A DNA stretch of 64,000 bases from Candidatus Peribacteria bacterium (GTDB lineage: Bacteria; Patescibacteriota; Gracilibacteria; UBA1369; LOWO2-01-FULL-3): positions 46,450 through 110,449 of the forward strand of contig CALREX010000003.1 in assembly GCA_943356465.1 (NCBI GenBank). Direction: 5' to 3'. The position numbers and the translations under genes were made by a program. Under the pieces are notes generated by a model. That model saw nothing but the letters and a program-made list of their open reading frames with translations, had not been told where the DNA came from and ran no database searches. Shown here one piece after another: positions 1 through 6,706 of the stretch (position 1 is its first letter; every line of letters starts with the position of its first letter).

Positions 1-339
1 TATCGAAGCGTAGGAAAGAACTCTGAAAAATTCAATATCGTGTCCTACACCATGAAAGTATTTCCTAGCAACAAAACTGACTCCAAAAACCATTCCAACA
101 AAGCTAAAAACAGGAATCAAAAGCGGCCAAATAAGATATCTTGAAAAAATCGCCGAAAATCCTGAAGGAAAACTAAGCGCCCCAAAAATAATATTAAAAA
201 CAGCGGGAACAAGAAGAATAATAATACCATTTCTTGTAGACTCAATTTTTCCTCCAACATGAGCCATTTTCACTTTATCAAATTTCAAAACCGCCAAAGC
301 ATCTTTTGCTTCGGAAACAGCATAATTTTTTAGATCCAT
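1..339 (-). CDS. hypothetical multi-pass membrane protein, C-terminal part cut by the window edge
   Basis: ATG at 339 (cat 337-339 on +) opens a frame that runs to position 1 without a stop: MDLKNYAVSEAKDALAVLKFDKV... It has hydrophobic segments IIILLVPAVFNIIFGAL and LIWPLLIPVFSFVGMVFGV. It is absent from the ORF track because it is truncated. Confidence 0.6.
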   Translation of the reverse strand, partial: MDLKNYAVSEAKDALAVLKFDKVKMAHVGGKIESTRNGIIILLVPAVFNIIFGALSFPSGFSAIFSRYLIWPLLIPVFSFVGMVFGVSFVARKYFHGVGHDIEFFRVLSYASI

Positions 340-356
340 TTTGTTTTGATTAAATT

Positions 357-872
357 TTAATAAACATCCTGACTAAAAAGATTTGTAAGATCTACAAATA
401 AAGACTTAACAGCATCAAACTGTACATCATTTTGTATCATACTATAGTCATATTTTTGGCTTTTACCATTTTTGAAATTAAGAGTCACATCAAATTTTCC
501 GACACCGGTGGAAGGATCATAGGAATCAGCACTTTTCAATTTTCCATCAAGAACCAAAGCTGTTATTTCTTCAAAACGATCATAAAATTCTCCACCGACA
601 ACACCACTGTTTTTCGCATCCGGATTTTGGATTTTAGCGCTACCCGAAGCCTTTGGATAAGTACGACCATAATCGAGAGAAATAGTCCTTTCGTTCAAAC
701 TTGGCGTAAGCTTAAGGTTGGAAACAGAGAAATAATCGTCTGGAATTTTCCCATCATCGACATAAAATTCAATAGAAACTACATCTGAAGCTTTTGCAGT
801 AAAAATAGAGCAACCAGCATAAACAAGGCTGAAAATAGCCACCAATATCAATGAATAAATAATTTTTCTCAT
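357..872 (-). CDS. putative lipoprotein, unknown function
   Basis: ORF 357..893 starts at a TTG. The in-frame ATG at 872 gives MRKIIYSLILVAIFSLVYAGCS, a signal peptide plus lipobox. No recognisable domain. Confidence 0.7.
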   Translation of the reverse strand: MRKIIYSLILVAIFSLVYAGCSIFTAKASDVVSIEFYVDDGKIPDDYFSVSNLKLTPSLNERTISLDYGRTYPKASGSAKIQNPDAKNSGVVGGEFYDRFEEITALVLDGKLKSADSYDPSTGVGKFDVTLNFKNGKSQKYDYSMIQNDVQFDAVKSLFVDLTNLFSQDVY

Positions 873-953
873 AAGTACAACAAAATAACTCAATTAATAT
901 TATTACACTTTAAAAGCAAAATGCAATAAAAACATTAAAAGCACATATCAAAA

Positions 954-1625
954 TTATTTTCCATTCTGTTCACCTTCGGCAGGAGCGGCAGCACCTTCAG
1001 CTGCAGCAGCTTCACCTTCCGCAGGAGTAGCAGCTACAACAGGAGCCTCTTCTTCCTCAGCTCTTGGAGCAACAACAACAGCTACAACATCTTCAGGTTC
1101 ATTCAGAATAGTAATTCCAGCAGGTACATTCAAGTCTTTAACCCTGACATAACAGTGGAAATCTTCAAGAGAATCAACATTTACTTCAATATTGTGTACA
1201 AGCGCATTTGGCAAACATTTAACTTCAACATCATCCATCTTAGCCATGAAAATTCCGGCAAGATTTTTGACCGCAGGCGCAGTACCAACAAAAGTAAGAG
1301 GTATTTGAGTATGAATTTCCTGATCCATCTTCACATTTCTAAAATCTACATGAATCATATTTCCACTAATAGGATGATATTGAACATCCCCCACAAGGAC
1401 ATTTGGACCTTTTTTACCGTCAATCACAAGATTTATAATAGTATTTGTTCCAGCTTTATTGAAAACTCTTCTAAAAGTTTGATAATCCATTTTCAAAGAC
1501 ATATTTTCAACACCATTCCCGTAGAATTCCGCAGGAATAAAATTTTCAGCCAACAAATCTTTGGCTTTTTGTTCAGCATTTCTGCTCTGTACTTCCAATG
1601 TTATTGCATCCATAAATTTAACCAT
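954..1625 (-). CDS. rplY: 50S ribosomal protein L25 / general stress protein Ctc
   Basis: 223 aa. The family pattern is typical: LEVQSR...GK..AK.LR-like N-terminus, IPAEFYG, INLVIDGKK, VQYHPISGNMIHVDF, and an acidic/Ala-rich C-terminal tail. Confidence 0.9.
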   Translation of the reverse strand: MVKFMDAITLEVQSRNAEQKAKDLLAENFIPAEFYGNGVENMSLKMDYQTFRRVFNKAGTNTIINLVIDGKKGPNVLVGDVQYHPISGNMIHVDFRNVKMDQEIHTQIPLTFVGTAPAVKNLAGIFMAKMDDVEVKCLPNALVHNIEVNVDSLEDFHCYVRVKDLNVPAGITILNEPEDVVAVVVAPRAEEEEAPVVAATPAEGEAAAAEGAAAPAEGEQNGK

Positions 1626-1738
1626 TCAAGAATAAATTGCTGGCTCAGTCTAGCCGAATTTAGTTACCCATGCAATAGATTTTTTGAGGAAATCGGAATA
1701 TATGGTATAGTTGGCGAAAATCGCTTAAACCAACCCAT

Positions 1739-2029
1739 ATGTTCGACAAAGCAAAACAACTATATCAGCTGCAAAAGAAAGCCAGAGAAATAAAAAGTCA
1801 GCTAAAAAATACACACATCGAAGCCAAGGACGAAGGTGTAATAGTAGTAATAGACGGGGAACAAAACGTAGTAAAAGTCACACTTCCGGAGCTAGCAAAC
1901 GAGAAAAAAGAAGATTTGGAGAAAAAACTTGAAAAATGCTTCAACAAAGCAGTAAAAAAATCACAACAAATAGGGGCGGACTTAATGAAAAGCGTGATGG
2001 GTCCAGACTTCAATTTGCCTGGAATGTAA
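1739..2029 (+). CDS. ybaB: YbaB/EbfC family nucleoid-associated protein
   Basis: 96 aa. MFDKAKQLYQLQKKAREIKSQL...VIVVIDGEQNVVKVTL...LEKKLEKCFNKAVKKSQQ matches the size and pattern of YbaB/EbfC. Confidence 0.85.
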   Translation: MFDKAKQLYQLQKKAREIKSQLKNTHIEAKDEGVIVVIDGEQNVVKVTLPELANEKKEDLEKKLEKCFNKAVKKSQQIGADLMKSVMGPDFNLPGM

Positions 2030-2036
2030 TCCAAAA

Positions 2037-3053
2037 ATGATGCAAAAAAAAACTTTATTGGCAATTTTGGCAATACTACTAATAAATATTTTAGTCTTCA
2101 CTAAGGCATATTTCAGCAATATAAGCAGTAGTGTCGACAAAAATGACACCAAAGAAATTTCGTTCACAGTAAAAAAGAATTCGACTCTTCGTGAAGTGAG
2201 CAACGATCTTGAAGACAAAGGCCTGATCAAAAGCTCTTTCTCATTCTATATATATGGGAAGCTACACGATACATCTTCAAAATTAATCGCAGGCAGATTC
2301 AAATTGAAAAAATCCATGACAGCGGAAGAAATCGCAAATACGCTTACAGATGCATCAAAATCGGAATTCATCATCACGATTCAGGAAGGACTGACGGTAA
2401 AAGACATAGATAAAAAATTGGTGGAAATGGAGCTTATCAAGGAAGGCGAGTTTATTTCAGCTGTAAAAAGCTTCAACGGATGGGAATATTATCCATTTTT
2501 GGACAAAAATACACTCTCAAAATCACAGGTTCCACTCGAAGGATATCTTTATCCTGACACATACTATCTCGATCCTTCAGACTTTAAGCCAAATAAGCTC
2601 ATATACAAAGCACTCGATAATTTCGAAAAAAAATGGACAGCCACAATCAAAGTAAATCCTCTACAATTAAATAAAAACTCGATTCAGGAAATCATCACTA
2701 TGGCTTCAATTATAGAGAAAGAAGTACCGGAAAGCGGAAGAAAAAGAGTGGCAGGAATTTTATGGAAAAGACTTGCAAGTGGCTGGATGCTGGGCGTCGA
2801 TGCAACATTACTATACGAAAAAAATAACAATACAATCACAAAGCAAGATCTACAAAAAGATTCTCCATACAACACAAGAAAAGTAAAAGGCCTTCCGCCG
2901 ACACCGATCTGCAACCCAAGTATCGATGCAATTTCCGCAGCACTGAATCCGGAACAAACAGACTACTGGTTTTATCTATCGACAAAAGACGGAACAACAA
3001 TCTACTCAAGAACAAACGAGGAACACAACGCAAACAAGGCGAAATATCTTTAA
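2037..3053 (+). CDS. mltG: endolytic murein transglycosylase MltG (YceG-like)
   Basis: 338 aa with an N-terminal TM segment. YceG motifs are present: EGYLYPDTYYL, ASIIEKE, GVDATLLY, YNTRKVKGLPPTPICNPS. Confidence 0.9.
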   Translation: MMQKKTLLAILAILLINILVFTKAYFSNISSSVDKNDTKEISFTVKKNSTLREVSNDLEDKGLIKSSFSFYIYGKLHDTSSKLIAGRFKLKKSMTAEEIANTLTDASKSEFIITIQEGLTVKDIDKKLVEMELIKEGEFISAVKSFNGWEYYPFLDKNTLSKSQVPLEGYLYPDTYYLDPSDFKPNKLIYKALDNFEKKWTATIKVNPLQLNKNSIQEIITMASIIEKEVPESGRKRVAGILWKRLASGWMLGVDATLLYEKNNNTITKQDLQKDSPYNTRKVKGLPPTPICNPSIDAISAALNPEQTDYWFYLSTKDGTTIYSRTNEEHNANKAKYL

Positions 3054-3114
3054 AATTTGCATTAAACAATGAAACAGTTTTTGCATCAACTCTTATTAAG
3101 AGAAAATTCAGTTA

Positions 3115-4443
3115 CTATTGCTTAGGCGCAGATATAACACCAGTCGAACCTGAGACCGGAGCAACAGAGGCTTTCTTATAAAACACCTTTATTGTAGTAA
3201 TTGGCGTTTTATTCCCATCTTTATCGAGTCCATAAATCTCATAAATATTTTCACCTTCCTTCATGTAACCATAATCACTGTTTGCAAAATAAGACCACGT
3301 CTTATCCCCTGCCTTAAATTTCTTCAAAGTTAAGCCATTTACAACTATTGCAACAGCACCATTTGGATTTCCTAGAATAACGGCTGGATTCTCGGAAACT
3401 TGATAAACGCCTTTATCATCAGGTTTTGCACCGGCAACAGAAACTACAGTCGGCGCAGCCCCTACAGTTTTTGGAACTACAGCATCTTTTGGCTTATCAG
3501 TAGGAGTTTTACTTGCATCAGTTGTCGCAGTGGGATCAACTTTCGTACCATCAGGATTTGTAGCATCAACAGGCGCAGGAGCATCCGGCACACCGTCACC
3601 ATTAGTATCAATAGTAAGCACAGGCGTAGGAAGAACCTCAGGCTCAACTTTAACAAATTGTCCGTCACCTGTCGTAGATTTAACAAATTTAGTGGGATTT
3701 TTATCCTCACCTATATTCCAAAGATAAAATTCACCCGTTTTAAAAGCATCAGAAAGCGCAGAAAGAACACTAGGGCTCTTGAATTCATAGTAACTTTTAA
3801 GAACATCTTGTGTGAAAACAACCTCCTGCCCAACTCCGACATTTTCACTATCCACAACCTTATCACCAGCTTCATTTAATACATCTATGCCAACACTATC
3901 ACCAGCAATAACTCGCAATGCTTCATCAGTTTCATTTTCAAAATCAAAAATACTCTGCTTGTCGGACTTTACTACAACACTGTCCCCTCTCAACTCAACT
4001 TTTGTGCTGCCGGCAGTCGCTCCATAAACTTTATTTACCCAAACTTTTCCGTTCACAACAAGAAGGCTTATAGCAGGGCTTTTTGGGCTATCATCTATAA
4101 CACTCAAAATCACATCACTGCCTCCAGCAATTCTCATCACTGTTCCATCAAAAAATTCAGCAATTATTTTACTATCAGCCGAAGTCTTGAATTCATCCCC
4201 TTGAAGCACTAAAGCATCGGACGAAACACCAAAAAAATCTTGAGTATTCCAGGTTTTCATCTGAACACTTCCCTGTAAAATATGTAAATACGCTCCATTC
4301 ACAGATCTTCCTCCAAAAATAAAACTCCACAAATTAAAAACCAAAACTCCAATAATTCCAATACACACTATAACCAAAAACGGCATAATATAGCCTTTTC
4401 TTGATGGAGGCCTTCTCTGCGTTCGATAAGGAGAATAATACAT
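3115..4443 (-). CDS. membrane-anchored FecR-like domain protein with Pro/Thr-rich linker
   Basis: 442 aa. TM segment IMPFLVIVCIGIIGVLVFNLW; FecR-type pattern GSVQMKTWNTQ...LVLQGDEFKTSADSKIIAEFFDGTVMRIAGGSDVILS; PT-rich linker; beta-rich C-terminus. Confidence 0.7.
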   Translation of the reverse strand: MYYSPYRTQRRPPSRKGYIMPFLVIVCIGIIGVLVFNLWSFIFGGRSVNGAYLHILQGSVQMKTWNTQDFFGVSSDALVLQGDEFKTSADSKIIAEFFDGTVMRIAGGSDVILSVIDDSPKSPAISLLVVNGKVWVNKVYGATAGSTKVELRGDSVVVKSDKQSIFDFENETDEALRVIAGDSVGIDVLNEAGDKVVDSENVGVGQEVVFTQDVLKSYYEFKSPSVLSALSDAFKTGEFYLWNIGEDKNPTKFVKSTTGDGQFVKVEPEVLPTPVLTIDTNGDGVPDAPAPVDATNPDGTKVDPTATTDASKTPTDKPKDAVVPKTVGAAPTVVSVAGAKPDDKGVYQVSENPAVILGNPNGAVAIVVNGLTLKKFKAGDKTWSYFANSDYGYMKEGENIYEIYGLDKDGNKTPITTIKVFYKKASVAPVSGSTGVISAPKQ

Positions 4444-4527
4444 ATTTGAAGAATTTATTGATTTTTACCGCAAACATATTAGCGCAAAGTGCAGGAGAAT
4501 GGCAATAAAAATAGGGAAAATCGTTCA

Positions 4528-4557
4528 GTGTTGTTGAAGCCCCAACAACACTTTTTT
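4528..4557 (+). terminator. rho-independent terminator-like hairpin, plus-strand polarity
   Basis: The 9-bp stem gtgttgttg (4528-4536) pairs with caacaacac (4543-4551), followed by tttttt (4552-4557). There is no plus-strand gene upstream. Confidence 0.5.
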
Positions 4558-4569
4558 CACAATAAAATC

Positions 4570-4598
4570 TTGTCAAAAAAATCTAAATTTAATAGTAT
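4570..4598 (+). promoter_or_regulatory. sigma70-like promoter candidate (TTGTCA-17-TAGTAT)
   Basis: ttgtca at 4570-4575, a 17-nt spacer, then tagtat at 4593-4598. It sits upstream of the leader and tRNA-like gene. Confidence 0.35.
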
Positions 4599-4650
4599 AT
4601 AAGCGCAAACCAATGTGCCGTTGAATTACGGTCCTCATGGGTGACGCATA

Positions 4651-4676
4651 AGAATCCTTTGTAAAGAAGGATTTTT
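4651..4676 (+). terminator. hairpin plus T-run inside the leader (terminator/attenuator-like)
   Basis: agaatcctt (4651-4659) pairs with aaggatttt (4667-4675) across a 7-nt loop tgtaaag. The 3' arm runs into ttttt. Confidence 0.4.
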
Positions 4677-4706
4677 ATGTATGATTAAAGTACCTTGGTG
4701 GAACAT

Positions 4707-4782
4707 GGGGACAGAGTTTAATGGTAGAACACATTGGTTCGTCACCCATGAGATGCGGGTTCAAATCCCGTCAGCTCCACCA
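4707..4782 (+). tRNA. aberrant tRNA-like gene, anticodon CGU (Thr), defective acceptor stem; possible pseudo-tRNA or tRNA-like ncRNA
   Basis: Exactly 76 nt with encoded ACCA. D arm GTTT-AATGGTA-GAAC; anticodon arm ATTGG-TTCGTCA-CCCAT; T arm GCGGG-TTCAAAT-CCCGT. Acceptor 5' strand GGGGACA against 3' strand CAGCTCC pairs only at positions 1-4 (including G3:U70). Pairs 5:68, 6:67 and 7:66 are mismatches. Confidence 0.5.
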
Positions 4783-4796
4783 AGGCGTAAAAATAA

Positions 4797-4826
4797 TTGA
4801 CATAATGCGTTCAATACAGATATAAT
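4797..4826 (+). promoter_or_regulatory. consensus sigma70 promoter candidate (TTGACA-18-TATAAT)
   Basis: ttgaca at 4797-4802, an 18-nt spacer, then tataat at 4821-4826. About 75 nt downstream lies the 4881-4907 terminator. Confidence 0.4.
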
Positions 4827-4880
4827 GTAAACGTAGCCAGAGTGCTGTTACACAACAGTTTCTCTCGGGTGTCGCAAAAA

Positions 4881-4907
4881 GCTCTTCCTATCGGAAGAGT
4901 CTTTTTT
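4881..4907. terminator. bidirectional rho-independent terminator (ends dnaA; could also end a short plus-strand transcript)
   Basis: gctcttcc (4881-4888) pairs with ggaagagt (4893-4900) across loop tatc. It is flanked by aaaaa upstream and tttttt downstream. Confidence 0.7.
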
Positions 4908-4970
4908 GTTATTCGTAACAAAACAATAAATTCAACATTGATAAAAGACATAATATAACGAGCTTCCACC

Positions 4971-6410
4971 TTACATCCCCATTTCCCTCTTTATCGCATT
5001 GATATCGCGAACCAAACGCACGTCGTTTCGAAGCATTTTTTCAGTTTTTTTGCAGGCGTGCATCACGGTCGTGTGATTTCTGCCACCGAAGCCATCACCG
5101 ATTTTCTCATAAGATTCGCCAAGTTCGTGTTTGATCAAATACATACAAACCTGCCTTGGAAGCATAAACTGTTTGTGTCTGTCCTGCCCCATCAAATCAG
5201 TAAAAGTCATATTGTAATACTGCGCGACAATCTTCATTACATCCTCAGAAGTTTTCGCATAAACCCTCTCAGCCTTCGCATCTACATCATAACCGATAAT
5301 CTCCTGCGCTTTATTCAATCTCTTAATGATTTCTGCAACAGATCTGATCGTCGGAACACTATTTTTAAGCTGGCTTTCGGCAACAGCCTGGCGCAAAACA
5401 CCTTCAAGTTCACGAACAGAATGATGCACGTTATTCGCAATAAAACTCAAAACTTCAGGATCGATCAAAACCTCAAAATCTTTGCATTTTTCATTCAAGA
5501 TAGCGAGTCTTGTCTCAAAATCAGGGAAAAGAAGTTCTACAACCATTCCCATTCCAAAACGACTTTTTAGCCTTTCATCCAAATCATCGAGCTCACTTGG
5601 CGGTCGGTCAGAAGTCAAAACAATCTGCTTATTCCTATCATATAGTTCATTGAAAGTGTGAAAAAATTCCTGCTGTGAAGAATCTTTTCGAGCAAAAAAC
5701 TGCACGTCATCAATCAAAAACACATCCACATTTCTATATTGATCCTTAAACTTCTGCATATGCCTTTTACCGATCGCTTCAACAACTTCAGTCACAAATT
5801 TTTCGGCAGTAATATATTTTATTACCATATCAGGAAAATTTTTCAAAATCTGATTTCCAATCGCTTGAACCAAATGAGTCTTTCCAAGTCCGACACTTCC
5901 ATAGATATAAAGTGGATTGTACATTCCTCCCGGATTCTCTGAAACAGCAGTACAAACGGCATGTGGAAGCATGTTTTCACGTCCGACAACAAAGTTTGAA
6001 AGATCATATCTGTTATTAAGCATCTGGCTTGAAATATGTCCGCTGACATTTCCTTTTTTCACAGTAACCTCATTCATATTTTTCACCTTTCTGACTTTTT
6101 TCTCATCCTCTTCATTAAAAAAAGATTTTATTTCAGGGGCCTCAATGTTTTCAACTTCAGACAATCTCGCGCAAACTTCATATTCAATTGTTTCAATAGA
6201 AGCATCCAATTCCTGCATCGCTTGAAGAAGTTTGATATTGTATTTCGCTGAGATCCAACCCTTTGCAAACATCGTAGGCACTCCAACAGTAACTTTACCT
6301 GTTTCACTCTTCACGACAGCCGTATTTTGAAACCAAGTGATAAAATGAGCCTTCTGGATAGTAGGCTTGATTCTATTTAAGACATTAGTCCAAAGCTCAC
6401 GGTTTGTCAT
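4971..6410 (-). CDS. dnaA: chromosomal replication initiator protein DnaA
   Basis: 479 aa. N-terminus LWTNVLNRIKPTIQKAHFITWF; Walker A GSVGLGKTHL; Walker B LIDDVQFF; C-terminal DNA-binding domain ...GGRNHTTVMHA. Confidence 0.97.
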   Translation of the reverse strand: MTNRELWTNVLNRIKPTIQKAHFITWFQNTAVVKSETGKVTVGVPTMFAKGWISAKYNIKLLQAMQELDASIETIEYEVCARLSEVENIEAPEIKSFFNEEDEKKVRKVKNMNEVTVKKGNVSGHISSQMLNNRYDLSNFVVGRENMLPHAVCTAVSENPGGMYNPLYIYGSVGLGKTHLVQAIGNQILKNFPDMVIKYITAEKFVTEVVEAIGKRHMQKFKDQYRNVDVFLIDDVQFFARKDSSQQEFFHTFNELYDRNKQIVLTSDRPPSELDDLDERLKSRFGMGMVVELLFPDFETRLAILNEKCKDFEVLIDPEVLSFIANNVHHSVRELEGVLRQAVAESQLKNSVPTIRSVAEIIKRLNKAQEIIGYDVDAKAERVYAKTSEDVMKIVAQYYNMTFTDLMGQDRHKQFMLPRQVCMYLIKHELGESYEKIGDGFGGRNHTTVMHACKKTEKMLRNDVRLVRDINAIKREMGM

Positions 6411-6706
6411 GATAGGAAAGATTAAATAGTATGAAATGCCGAAAAAATTCTTGCACCACCAATACTATTTATTTTCCTCCTAAACCACAAGGGATTTCCC
6501 CATAAACAAGCCATATACTATAAGTAGACAATTCCTACATCAGACATACTATATTTAGAAAAAACACGAAATTAAACAACACATTGCATATCGCCGCAAT
6601 AATCTCACATCACATATTTGACAAGCACCGCAACCTCAAAAAACATACAAACAAAAATCACCGCATCCTTTAAAGGAAAACATGAGTCAGCATCTGTAGA
6701 AAAAAT

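Noticed and set aside
432-3053. Antisense or overlapping track ORFs such as 432..788, 1155..1793, 1798..2073, 1982..2230, 2684..2914 and 2836..3069. Analogous ORFs lie opposite dnaA, rseP, groL, rny, hppA, the ATPases and the ATP-grasp genes.
   Set aside because: Each lies opposite or out of frame within a gene that has strong family motifs. They have skewed low-complexity composition and no motifs of their own.
4693-4785. A long type-II or selenocysteine tRNA, using the 10-bp helix ccttggtgga/tccaccaagg as an extended acceptor stem and the TCA in the anticodon loop.
   Set aside because: Three unpaired nucleotides (cag) would separate the T arm from that helix. TCA is not preceded by U33. 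No long variable arm can be drawn.
4444-4786. A standard or permuted tmRNA (ssrA). The spacer has the right length (about 340 nt), and its 3' end ...GCGGGTTCAAATCCCGTCAGCTCCACCA looks like a tmRNA terminus.
   Set aside because: No GGGGCTG/GGAGCTG 5' acceptor strand exists upstream or downstream of the CCA. I could find no tag reading frame ending in a typical ...(A/L)AA stop. A plus-strand terminator at 4528-4557 would split such a gene. The 76 nt ending at 4782 fold as an ordinary cloverleaf instead. ARAGORN should still be run.
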